A stretch of 64,000 bases of DNA from Deltaproteobacteria bacterium (GTDB taxonomy: Bacteria; JAGRBM01; JAHCIT01), in assembly GCA_026129095.1 (NCBI GenBank), contig JAHCIT010000007.1, forward strand, positions 62,001 to 126,000. Direction: 5' to 3'. The first letter of the stretch is position 1; each line of letters begins with the position of its first letter. Shown piece after piece: positions 30,065 to 40,300 of the stretch. The notes beneath the pieces were generated by a model. The model was not told where the DNA came from. It searched no databases and worked only from the letters and a program-made list of their open reading frames with translations. The translations under genes were made by a program, and so were the position numbers.

Positions 30065-31015
30065 ATGAAGAACGGCCTCTACGGATCACGGAAACGGCTT
30101 CCACCACCGAAGCTCATCCCCGTTCCGGCCGCCAAGCCCGAGGATGTTGTCGTCGATACCGACGGTTCGCTCATCACCGGCACCGAGGACGGCCAGATAT
30201 TCCGGCTGGACCCCGTCACGGGCAAGGCAGTCCGGATCGCCCGCACCGGCGGACGGCCCCTGGGGATTGAATTCCTTCCGGACCGAAAGCTTCTTATCTG
30301 CGACAGCAAGCGGGGACTGCTGGCGGCCGATCCGGCCACCGGCAAGGTCGAGGTTCTACTGGACAGGGTGGGTGGCCGCCAGATGCGGTTCTGCAACAAC
30401 GCCGCCGTCGCCAGCGACGGGACTGTCTACTTCAGCGATTCATCGCTCCGGTACGGCATCGACCACTACCGCCGCGATGTGATCGAGAACCGGCCGAGCG
30501 GCCGGCTCCTCCGGTTCACACCTGCAAAAACAGTCGACGTGTTGATTGAAAATATCCCGTTTGCCAATGGCGTGGCACTGGCACCTGACGAATCGTTTGC
30601 CGTCGTTGCGGAAACCGCCGGATACTGTCTGACCCGTTACTGGCTGAAGGGCCCCCAGACCGGCCGGAGCGATACCTTCGCCGCCGACCTGCCGGGGATG
30701 CCGGACAATCTCTCCACCGGCTCGGACGGACTGCTCTGGGTGGCGCTCGCCTCGCCACGGGATCGCCGGCTCGAATCGATCCTGAAGCTCCCCTATCCCT
30801 TGAGAAAGCTGCTCTCACGGATACCGGAATCAGTCGGTCCGGCTGTGGCGCGCAGCGTCCTGATGATGGCGTTCGATTTTTCGGGCCGCTGTGTACACAA
30901 CCTTGAAGGTGATGCCGGTTCCTTCCATATGGTCACTGGTGTGCGTGAATATCAGGGAACGATCTACGCTGGCAGCATTGTCGAAAGCGCCATAGCGGCG
31001 TTTCGGTTCGCCTAA
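30065..31015 (+). CDS. SMP-30/strictosidine synthase-like beta-propeller
   Basis: PED; GRPLG; FANGVAL; LPGMPDN. Confidence 0.88.
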   Translation: MKNGLYGSRKRLPPPKLIPVPAAKPEDVVVDTDGSLITGTEDGQIFRLDPVTGKAVRIARTGGRPLGIEFLPDRKLLICDSKRGLLAADPATGKVEVLLDRVGGRQMRFCNNAAVASDGTVYFSDSSLRYGIDHYRRDVIENRPSGRLLRFTPAKTVDVLIENIPFANGVALAPDESFAVVAETAGYCLTRYWLKGPQTGRSDTFAADLPGMPDNLSTGSDGLLWVALASPRDRRLESILKLPYPLRKLLSRIPESVGPAVARSVLMMAFDFSGRCVHNLEGDAGSFHMVTGVREYQGTIYAGSIVESAIAAFRFA

Positions 31016-31140
31016 TTCCTCAAGCATTTTTAATAGTTACATCCCTTGCCGCCTCCGCCAGCCGTGCAAATATTCAAGCGGCGGAGCGGGTTCACTGGCT
31101 GGCTACCAGTTGTTGTACCGCTACCCGGAGGACTACCCTG

Positions 31141-31995
31141 ATGTTCGCAAACCGGCTCAAGACCTTTCTTCTTCTGGCAGGACTGTCGGCGCTGCTCATC
31201 TATGTAGGCGCGCTGCTCGGCGGAGAGACCGGCCTCATCATGGCATTCGGCATGGCCATCCTGATGAATGTGGGAAGTTACTGGTTTTCCGACAAGATCG
31301 TCCTGCGTATGTACCGGGCCCGCCCGGTTACACCGGAACAGGCACCGCGCCTCTATGCGCTCTGCGAGAAACTGGCAAGGAACGCGAAGATTCCGATGCC
31401 GCGCATCTACATCATCCCCGAACAGACGCCCAATGCCTTTGCCACGGGCCGCAATCCCGAGCATGGCGTCGTGGCGCTCACCGAAGGCATCATGAACATG
31501 CTGAACGAGCGTGAACTGGCTGGCGTGATCGCCCACGAGATGGGGCACATCAAGAACCGGGATATCCTGGTACAGACCGTGGCGGCCGTCATCGCAGCAG
31601 CGCTCCAGTTTCTCGCCCACTTCGCCATGTTCTTCAGCGGCGGCCGCCGCGACGAGCGGGGAACGCATCCGGCCATTGCCATCATCATCATGATCCTGTC
31701 GCCGATTGCGGCCCTGCTGATCCAGTCCATGATTAGCCGTACCCGCGAATACATGGCCGATTCGACTGGCGCGGCCATCGCCCAGGATACACAGGGACTC
31801 CAGAGCGCGCTGATGAAGATCGACAACTACGCCCGGGGCGTCCCGATGCAGCATACCCATGAGGCGACCGCCCACATGTTCATCATCAACCCGCTCGCGG
31901 GGGGTGGCCTCGTCAAGCTGTTCTCCACCCACCCCGCCACCCAGGAGCGGGTGAAGGCCTTGCAGGAGCTCGATATCCGTACTGTGCAATTGTAA
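31141..31995 (+). CDS. htpX: Zinc metalloprotease HtpX
   Basis: PNAFATG; HEMGH; SRTREY.AD; FSTHP. Confidence 0.95.
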   Translation: MFANRLKTFLLLAGLSALLIYVGALLGGETGLIMAFGMAILMNVGSYWFSDKIVLRMYRARPVTPEQAPRLYALCEKLARNAKIPMPRIYIIPEQTPNAFATGRNPEHGVVALTEGIMNMLNERELAGVIAHEMGHIKNRDILVQTVAAVIAAALQFLAHFAMFFSGGRRDERGTHPAIAIIIMILSPIAALLIQSMISRTREYMADSTGAAIAQDTQGLQSALMKIDNYARGVPMQHTHEATAHMFIINPLAGGGLVKLFSTHPATQERVKALQELDIRTVQL

Positions 31996-32106
31996 GAGGA
32001 GACGCCGGGCACGTCTCTTATGCCCCGCCGCGTCAAATATTTTTCGGATTGCGAGCCGATGCCCCGTAGCCGCTGAGGCTGCTTCAGGGGTAAAATACCT
32101 CGACGT

Positions 32107-33219
32107 ATGCCTCCGGTGACGCCACCCACCCGGCCTGCGCCGCCACAGCGGCCCGCCCCTGTACAGCTCACGCCACGGCAGATATATACCCACCTCGACC
32201 GGTTCGTAATCGGCCAGGACACGGCCAAGAAGGTCGTCGCAACCGCTGCCTATAATCACTACAAGCGGCTCTTCCACTCCGACCGGCGCCCCGAATACCC
32301 CATTCGCAAGTCGAACATATTGCTGATCGGCCCTACTGGTTGCGGCAAGACACACATCGCCCGCAACCTGGCCCAGATACTCGACGCACCTTTCACTGTC
32401 TGTGATGCCACCGAATACACGGAAGCCGGATACTATGGAAAAGACGTGGAGGTGATGGTCGCCGAGCTGCTGTTCAAGACCGGCGGCAATGTGGATGCAG
32501 CCCAGCGCGGAATCATCTTCATCGACGAAATCGACAAGATCGCCCGGCGGACCGGGAATATGCGTACCGGGGCGGGCTCCCGCGACATCGGCGGTGAGGG
32601 AGTCCAGCAGGCTCTGCTCAAGATGCTGGAAGGGCAAAAGATGTTCGTCCCGATGAACGTGACGCAACACTGGAACCGGCATGATTTCGTCGAAGTGGAC
32701 ACAACCAACATCCTCTTTATCTGCGCGGGTGCATTCAGTGATCTCCGGCCGGAACTGGAAGCCCGGCCCATCGGGTTCAGCACCGGCGGCAACGAGCAGG
32801 CACCCCAGACGTTACGCCGCAACCGGATAACAAACCGGGAACTCTCCAACTACGGGCTTATCCCCGAACTGCTGGGGCGCCTGCCGGTGGTGGTAGAAAT
32901 GGACCCGCTGACCCGGGACGAGATGATCCGGGTCGTCACGACTCCACCAGACTCCATCCTGAACGAATACACCCAGCTGCTTGCCATGGATGGTGTCACG
33001 CTGGATATCCGGCCCGAGGCAGTAGAAGTGGTTGTGGACTGCGCGATAGGGCAGCGGGTGGGTGCCAGAGGCATCAGATCCATCATGGAAGTGCTGTTCC
33101 GGGATGTACTATTTGAGGCGCCCGAACGGACCGGAGAGACATTTGTTGCGACGGGTGAATGGGTCAGGGAGCGAATCGCCGGAATGCAGGGACCGGATGG
33201 CGGATTATCCGTGTCCTGA
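32107..33219 (+). CDS. clpX: ClpX-like AAA+ unfoldase lacking the zinc-binding domain
   Basis: GPTGCGKT; IDEIDK; GEGVQQALLK; IGF loop; GARG. Confidence 0.85.
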   Translation: MPPVTPPTRPAPPQRPAPVQLTPRQIYTHLDRFVIGQDTAKKVVATAAYNHYKRLFHSDRRPEYPIRKSNILLIGPTGCGKTHIARNLAQILDAPFTVCDATEYTEAGYYGKDVEVMVAELLFKTGGNVDAAQRGIIFIDEIDKIARRTGNMRTGAGSRDIGGEGVQQALLKMLEGQKMFVPMNVTQHWNRHDFVEVDTTNILFICAGAFSDLRPELEARPIGFSTGGNEQAPQTLRRNRITNRELSNYGLIPELLGRLPVVVEMDPLTRDEMIRVVTTPPDSILNEYTQLLAMDGVTLDIRPEAVEVVVDCAIGQRVGARGIRSIMEVLFRDVLFEAPERTGETFVATGEWVRERIAGMQGPDGGLSVS

Positions 33220-33253
33220 TCCCCTCGCTTCGCAGTACAACGGAGAGAGACAA

Positions 33254-34501
33254 GTGACGGGGCTGGAGGGCAAGCGGATTCTGTGCGTCGATGACGAGCC
33301 GGCGAACCTGCAGCTTCTTGAGCGGGTATTCCGCCGGGCTCAGGCCGATGTACGTACGGCGGCAGATGCTGGCGCAGCACTGGACCTGCTCGGCCAGTTT
33401 GAGCCGGATATCGTCGTCACCGATCTCAGGTTACCGGACCTTCAGGGGAAGGATCTGGCTCTCCGGATCCGTGCGTCGCGTCAGATGCAGAACGTCCCTA
33501 TCGTTGCGATTACGGCCTATGACGACCCGGTTGCCCGTGCCGAAGCCCTCGCCGCCGGATGCAGCGGTTATCTGACCAAGCCGATCGATGTTCGCACCAT
33601 TACTGCACAGCTTGCGTCGTTCCTGCCTGGACAGCCGGGCGCATCCCCCCCACCTCCACCGACCAGCGAGGAAGTTCAGAGCCTGCGCCGGATGGGTGGG
33701 GATCTCGTGGATCGTCTCTATGCAAACATTTCCGAACTACGGGCCAAGAACGCGGAACTGTCGGCCCTCCAGGACCGGCTGGTTGAAGCCCGTACCCGCA
33801 GTGCCTTGGGCGAAATGGCGGCCGGCATCGTCCATGAATTCCGCAATCCGCTGTCCTCGATTTCCGGACTGGCCGGTGTGGTCGCCCAGGATCTGGCCAT
33901 TGCCGGCAGGGACACCAAGTTTGCGGATCTGATCCGCGATCAGGTGTCGCGGCTGGAGCGGCTCTGCACCCAGCTTCTGGGGTTTGCACGCCCGGAAACT
34001 CCCCGCACGGAACAGTTCGACATTACGGACTGGCTGGGGCGGGAAATTGAACGGCTCAGGCCCGGATTCCCCGCCCGGTGGACACCCCAGAGCCCGGTGA
34101 TACCGGGCAAGATGCTGCTGGTTCAGGGTGACGTGCACCACCTGGCACAAATAGTCCTGAACCTGGTCCGCAATGCCTTCGATGCCGTGGAAGATGGCGG
34201 AGACGTTCTTATCGCTCTGGAGGCTGTGGACGGGACGGCCCGGCTGACTGTGCAGGATACTGGCTGCGGGATTGAGCCCGATTCACGGGAAAAACTGTTT
34301 CAGCCCTTCTTTTCAACCAAAGGTGGCAATGGAACTGGCCTCGGGCTGGCGGTCTGCAAGCAGCTCGCCGACCGCAACAACTGGGAACTTTCCGCAGAGA
34401 GCGAACCCCGGCGACTCGACCGTCCCGGTAGCGGCTGGACCCGTTTCACCCTGAGTCTTCCACTGGTGCAACTGCCCCGGCAGGGAGCCCGTCATGAATA
34501 A
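33254..34501 (+). CDS. Hybrid REC-histidine kinase (cytoplasmic)
   Basis: VDDE..D..T..KP receiver; HEFRNPL; NLVRNA; DTGCG; GTGLGL; start uncertain. Confidence 0.9.
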   Translation: MTGLEGKRILCVDDEPANLQLLERVFRRAQADVRTAADAGAALDLLGQFEPDIVVTDLRLPDLQGKDLALRIRASRQMQNVPIVAITAYDDPVARAEALAAGCSGYLTKPIDVRTITAQLASFLPGQPGASPPPPPTSEEVQSLRRMGGDLVDRLYANISELRAKNAELSALQDRLVEARTRSALGEMAAGIVHEFRNPLSSISGLAGVVAQDLAIAGRDTKFADLIRDQVSRLERLCTQLLGFARPETPRTEQFDITDWLGREIERLRPGFPARWTPQSPVIPGKMLLVQGDVHHLAQIVLNLVRNAFDAVEDGGDVLIALEAVDGTARLTVQDTGCGIEPDSREKLFQPFFSTKGGNGTGLGLAVCKQLADRNNWELSAESEPRRLDRPGSGWTRFTLSLPLVQLPRQGARHE

Positions 34502-35093
34502 TCATGATGCCGTGGTGGTGATTGGCTCTTCCACCGGCGGGCCCCAGACGCTCCGGGCTTTTCTGGCGGCACTGAAGTCACCACTCCCCTGCCCCCTCAT
34601 TATCGTCCAACACATGCCCCCCAAATTCACATGGGGCTTCGCCCGTGGGCTCGATCGAATCTACTGTGGTCATGTAGTAGAACTTCAGCAGGATGAACAC
34701 CTGACCCCGGGCACCGCCTATGTCGCTCCTGGTGGCTACCGGGCCACCGTATGCCTCCCCGGTGAAAAGCCAAGATTTCGCATAGAACCCCCTTCGGCCG
34801 AAGACCGATTCGCACCAGGCATAGACCCCATGTTCAAGAGTGCCGCCGAACGCTTTGGCCGAAACACGCTGGCGATCATTGTTTCCGGAATTTCCACGGG
34901 ACTGGTCATTGATGGAATAGAAGGATGCCGTTCGGTCAAGGAACGCGGTGGCGCCGTCTTCGTGGAGAACCCCGATACTGCCGTGTGCGGCGGGATGCCA
35001 CGTGAATGTCTTCCCTATTCTGACCGCACCCTGGCGGGTGCAGATATGGCCCCGGCCGTCGAGGGCTGGCTGCTGGGGAGGATCACCAGTTGA
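34494..35093 (+). CDS. Stand-alone CheB-type methylesterase domain
   Basis: GSSTGGP; QHMP; DG..G; no receiver domain. Confidence 0.85.
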   Translation: MNNHDAVVVIGSSTGGPQTLRAFLAALKSPLPCPLIIVQHMPPKFTWGFARGLDRIYCGHVVELQQDEHLTPGTAYVAPGGYRATVCLPGEKPRFRIEPPSAEDRFAPGIDPMFKSAAERFGRNTLAIIVSGISTGLVIDGIEGCRSVKERGGAVFVENPDTAVCGGMPRECLPYSDRTLAGADMAPAVEGWLLGRITS

Positions 35094-35154
35094 AGAAGCA
35101 GACAGAATACGGGTATTTTGGCGTCAGTATGCATGACTACGGGAGCCCTCTGCC

Positions 35155-36762
35155 ATGAACTTTCTCGTGGTTGACGACGAGGCGGTACATCGCCTTGCAG
35201 TGGGCGAAATCCTGCGCCGGGCCGGGCATCAGGTTACCGAAGCCGCCGACGGACTCCTGGCAACCGAATTTGCCACCACTCAGAAGTTCGACTGGGTGTT
35301 GATGGATATCCGGATGCCCCGGCTGGACGGTATCCAGGCGACGGAAGCTCTCCGCCAGATTGATCCGACCTCCAAGATCGTCGTTATTAGTGCCTTCGTG
35401 GATAGTGCCGTTCGCTCCCGGCTGGAGCAGCTTGGTGTTCACAAGATCCTGAACAAGCCAATTTTGCCCGAATCGCTCATCGAAACGGTCATGGGCGCAA
35501 CCGGAAAAGACCGTCCTCCGCGCATCCTTTATATTGAGGATAACCCCGAGAACCTGCTGCTCGTCCGTCGGATTCTGGAGCGGAAGGGGTACGAAATACT
35601 GGCCGCCCAGTCGGGCCTTGCAGGGCTTGAGCTGGCCGCCCAGTCCCAGCCCGATCTCATCCTTCTCGATATCAACCTTCCGGAATTGGACGGTTACGCC
35701 CTCGCTTCCCGGCTGAAAAATACGGAAGGACTGAAGGACACGCCCATTATTGCCGTCACCGCCAATGTTATGGCGGGCGACAAGGAACGTTCGCTGGTCG
35801 CTGGATGCGACGGGTACATTGAAAAGCCGATCGATGTCGCCGCCTTTCCCGAACAGGTCAAGGCATTCCTTGCCGGCAAACGCGAGAAGATTGAAAATGT
35901 GGAAACCGAGAGCCGGTTCCTCAAGGAGTTCCGCGCCAATGTTGCCCAGCAGCTGGAAAACAAGATCCGTGAACTCGGACGGGCCAACGATGAACTACGC
36001 GAACTCGACCGTCTGAAGGGCGAGTTCCTGCAGAATATCTCCCATGAACTCCGGACACCTCTCACCCCCATCAGCGGGTATCTTGAGATGATGCTCACAG
36101 GTGAAATGGGCCCTCTGACCCAAAGCCAGCGCGAGGCGCTGAATGCGATTGAGCGGTCAGCCAAGAGACTCTCGGAGCTGATCGACCGGCTTCTGGACTT
36201 CACTCGGCTGGCATCAGGCCGGGCAGAAATAGCGCTGAAACCGTTCCCCGCCACCGAATGGATCTCCCAGATCCGGGGACAGATCATGCCGCTGGCGAAC
36301 GAAAAAAAGATCTATATTGGCTTCGATAGCGGCGACGCCCCTGAAATGCTCTATGGCGACCGGGAGCGGCTGCTTCAGCTCGTGCTGAATTTGCTCCAGA
36401 ATGCGGTCAAGTTCACACCGCCGGAGCGGAAGGTATTTTTCAGAATCAACCAGGCCGAGGCTGCTTCATTACTGGCCCGGTACGGGAACTTTCTCGGACA
36501 GCCGCTTACGCCCGGAACCAAATGGGTGCATATCGAGGTCGGCGATGAAGGGATCGGGATTTCATCTGAACACCAGCGCAGGATTTTTGACCGCTTTTAC
36601 CAGGTGGATGGGTCACTTACCCGGCGGTTTGGAGGCATTGGCATGGGGCTCGCGCTGGTGCGGATGATCGCCGAATCCCACGGCGGGCAGGTCTGGGTGG
36701 AAAGCGAACCCGGTTCCGGAGCCACATTTCATGTCATTCTGCCAATAAAGAGTACAACTTGA
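35155..36762 (+). CDS. Hybrid REC-REC-histidine kinase (cytoplasmic)
   Basis: Two receivers; SHELRTPL; NAVKF; DEGIG; GIGMGL. Confidence 0.92.
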   Translation: MNFLVVDDEAVHRLAVGEILRRAGHQVTEAADGLLATEFATTQKFDWVLMDIRMPRLDGIQATEALRQIDPTSKIVVISAFVDSAVRSRLEQLGVHKILNKPILPESLIETVMGATGKDRPPRILYIEDNPENLLLVRRILERKGYEILAAQSGLAGLELAAQSQPDLILLDINLPELDGYALASRLKNTEGLKDTPIIAVTANVMAGDKERSLVAGCDGYIEKPIDVAAFPEQVKAFLAGKREKIENVETESRFLKEFRANVAQQLENKIRELGRANDELRELDRLKGEFLQNISHELRTPLTPISGYLEMMLTGEMGPLTQSQREALNAIERSAKRLSELIDRLLDFTRLASGRAEIALKPFPATEWISQIRGQIMPLANEKKIYIGFDSGDAPEMLYGDRERLLQLVLNLLQNAVKFTPPERKVFFRINQAEAASLLARYGNFLGQPLTPGTKWVHIEVGDEGIGISSEHQRRIFDRFYQVDGSLTRRFGGIGMGLALVRMIAESHGGQVWVESEPGSGATFHVILPIKSTT

Positions 36763-36769
36763 GGACTGT

Positions 36770-37252
36770 CTAACTATTTCTGCGTTTCCAGTGCCCGCTT
36801 TTCCCTCCGGATTTTTCCAGCAGTCCTATATTCTTTATCACAATTCCGCGCTCAACGGCTTTCAGCATGTCGTAAACCGTCAGCGCCGCTATTGATACAG
36901 CCGTGAGGGCTTCCATTTCGACGCCGGTTTCACCCATGGTTTTCACGGCTGATTCAATGGTGACGACACCGTCACGGCCAAGCGAGGCGTCCACCTCCAC
37001 ACCCGTGACCGCTATGGGGTGACAAAGGGGAATGATATCCGGCGTCCGTTTGACGGCCTGAATACCGGCCAGAATCGCCACCTGCAGGACATCTCCTTTT
37101 TTTGCCTGTTTCGACCGGACCAGTGCCGCCGTGGATTTCGACAACTGCACCAGAGCCTGAGCCCTTGCGACCCTGACAGTTTTCAGTTTCCCGGAAACAT
37201 CTACCATCCGGGGCTTTCCGCCGGAACTGATATGAGTGAGCTTGCGAGTCAT
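36770..37252 (-). CDS. moaC: Cyclic pyranopterin monophosphate synthase
   Basis: LTH...MVDV; IPLCHP; GVEMEAL; YDMLKA; KSGGKSG. Confidence 0.97.
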   Translation of the reverse strand: MTRKLTHISSGGKPRMVDVSGKLKTVRVARAQALVQLSKSTAALVRSKQAKKGDVLQVAILAGIQAVKRTPDIIPLCHPIAVTGVEVDASLGRDGVVTIESAVKTMGETGVEMEALTAVSIAALTVYDMLKAVERGIVIKNIGLLEKSGGKSGHWKRRNS

Positions 37253-37391
37253 GGCCCCTATGCGTAGTGGATTGATGCTGGTAGCGGCAAGGTGTGGAAA
37301 CCACGCCCGGAAGTGATTATAAGTTCCTCCCCGCCCGTGCTGGCCGGGCAGTTCCCGCGAAATGCCGCCAGCGAGGTAATCCGCCTTCCCC

Positions 37392-40300
37392 ATGCCCCCT
37401 GAATCCCGCTTTCTGGAAGCCCTGAAGTCTCGCGTACTTGTATTCGACGGGGCGATGGGGACGATGATCCAGACGTACCACCTCACCAAGGACGACTTTG
37501 GGGGACGGCAGGGTGCGAACGATTACCTCGTTCTGACCCGCCCTGATGTCATACGGGAAATTCATGCCAAATACCTTGAGGCGGGGGCCGATGTAGTCGA
37601 GACCTGCACGTTCCAGTCCACCCGGCCACGGCTTGAGGAGTGGGGTCTCGGCGACAATGTGGCCGAAATCAATATCCGGGCCGCCGAAATTGCCCGTGCC
37701 GAAGCTGACCGGTTCTCCACTCCGGACCGGCCGCGTTTTGTGGCTGGTTCCATGGGACCGACGGGCTTCCTCCCCAGCTCATCCGACCCATCACTCTCGA
37801 ATATCACCTTCGACCAGCTTGAGGAGATATTCCGCGAGCAGGCCGAGGCGCTGGCCAGGGGTGGCGTTGATACATTCCTGATCGAAACATCACAGGACAT
37901 CCTTGAAGTGAAGGCCGCCATCGCCGGATGCGACCGTTTCCGCCGCGAAAGTGGCCGTTCCGATATCCCCATCATGGCCCAGATCACACTCGATCCTTCG
38001 GGCCGGATGCTCCTGGGCACCGATGCTGCGACGGCACTGGCGATCCTTGAAGAACTGCCGATCGCGGTCATCGGGATGAACTGCAGCACCGGCCCGCATG
38101 AAATGCGTGAATCTGTCCGGTATCTGGGCGAGAACTCATCCCTCCCGGTCTCCGTCATTCCAAATGCCGGAATGCCCGAAAACATTGACGGGGAGGCACA
38201 CTACGGGCTGAAGCCGGATGCGCTTGCCCACGAACTGCGCGATTTCGTCGGAAAACACGGCATCAGCATTGTTGGTGGATGCTGTGGCACCACTCCGGAG
38301 CATATCCGTGCCCTGAGCGACTCCGTTCGCGGGCTTACGCCCGGCAAGCGGCCCAGGTTTCACCTTCATGTGGTTGCCTCGCCCATCAAGCCACTCCGGC
38401 TGGATATCGACAATCCCCCGGTTGTGGTGGGTGAGCGCCTGAACGCCCAGGGTTCACGCAAGGCCAAGGAGATGATGCTGGCCAAGGACATTGATGCGCT
38501 CGTCACCCTCGGCAAGGAACAGGTGGACGATGGCGCGCACATGCTGGATATCTGCACGGCCATGACCGAAGCGCCGCTCGAAAAGGAGCTGATGCTGGAA
38601 CTGGCGCGCCGGCTGTCGCAGGAGACAGACGCCCCGCTTATGATCGACTCCACCGAAGCCGACGTGATCGAGGCAGCACTGAAGGTCATTCCTGGACGTG
38701 TGATCGTGAACTCGATCAATCTCGAAGGCGACGGTTCCAGGGTAAGAAAGATTGCCCCCCTGATCCGCAAGTTTGGCGCCGTAACCGTTGCCATGACGAT
38801 TGATGACTCCGATCCCGAAGTCCGCGGCATGGCCAAAACCGCCGCACACAAGCTTCAGGTCGCCCGCAAGATCACGGATATCTGCACACGGGAATATAAT
38901 CTGGACCGGGATCAGCTCGTTTTTGACGTACTCACGTTCACACTGGCCACAGGAGAGGCGGAGTTCCGCAGGTCGGCCACAGAAACCATTGAGGGCATCC
39001 GGGCGGTAAAGAAGGAACTGCCCGGCGTATTTACCGTACTTGGTGTTTCCAACGTGTCGTTTGGCCTGACGCCTCCGGCACGGAGAGTCCTGAACTCGGT
39101 TTTTCTCTATCACTGCGTACAGGCCGGGCTCGATCTTGCCATCGTGAACGCCAAGGAGATCATCCCCTATGCCGAAATACCCAGGGACGCGCGCGATATT
39201 GCCGAAGATCTGGTATTCGACCGCGCCGACGACGCCCTGCCCCGCTTCATCAAGCACTTCGAGGGCGCGGCTGGTGCCCCTGCTTCCGATCCCCGAAAGG
39301 CAAAAATCGACCCGTCGCTTCCGGTCGAGCAGCGTATCCATGAGCACATACTAAAACGGGTCAAAGAGGGGGTGATCGAGGCGCTGGAGGAGGCCCGAAC
39401 CCAAAAGGGTTACTCCCCGGTCGACATTATCAACAAGATACTTCTTCCGGCCATGAAGGACGTCGGCGACCGCATGGCCACGGGCGAGATCATCCTGCCG
39501 TTCGTTCTCCAGTCAGCCGAGGTGATGAAGCGGGCCGTCTCGCACCTTGAGCAGTTTCTCGACAAGGACCAGTCCGTCACGAAAGGGAATGTCGTTCTCG
39601 CTACCGTTTATGGCGATGTGCATGACATCGGAAAGAACCTCGTCAAAACCATCTGGTCGAATAACGGCTACACGGTGCATGATCTGGGAAAACAGGTACC
39701 GCTCAATACAATTCTCGCAAAGGCCCAGGAGGTTGGCGCCGTTGCGATCGGGCTCTCGGCCCTGCTCGTCACCACATCGAAACAGATGCGGTTCTGCGTT
39801 GAGGAGCTGGAAAAAATGGGGCTCCCCTTTGTACTGATCGTGGGTGGTGCGGCCATCAACCGGGAGTACGTGGCCCGGATTTCGATCACCGACGGGGAGA
39901 GTCCATACCGTAATGGTGTTTTCTATTCGAAGGACGCCTTTGAGGGACTCAGGCATCTCAACGCCGTCGCTGATCCGGAAGCAAGGGTGTCCTACATCGG
40001 CGACAACGTCAGGGACAACCAGCAGCGTTACTTCCAGTCACTGAAGCGTGCCACCAGCGCCAAGGCGCATGTGGGCAGCGCCGGGAAAACGAGCAGTATC
40101 CGCCGTGATGCACCCGTTCCGATACCACCGTTCTGGGGATCGAGGGTGCTCGGCGAAATCCCGCTTGCCGAGGTTTTCCCGCTCATCGACCGGAAGGCGC
40201 TGTTCGGCCATTCGTGGGGTGTGCTCAAGCGCAAACGCAGCCAGGAGGAGTACGACCGGGATATCAGGGAGACTTTCGAGCCACTGCTCCGCGATCTCCA

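Noticed and set aside
31030-32682. Long antisense ORFs (also 13674..15176 and 46484..47920)
   Set aside because: They lie opposite well-conserved genes, as expected from high-GC codon bias, and contain no motifs.
37253-37391. Riboswitch (Moco, SAM, cobalamin or ZTP) between moaC and metH
   Set aside because: Only a small GTGG-AAA-CCAC hairpin; the conserved cores of these families were not recognisable. An Rfam scan would settle it.
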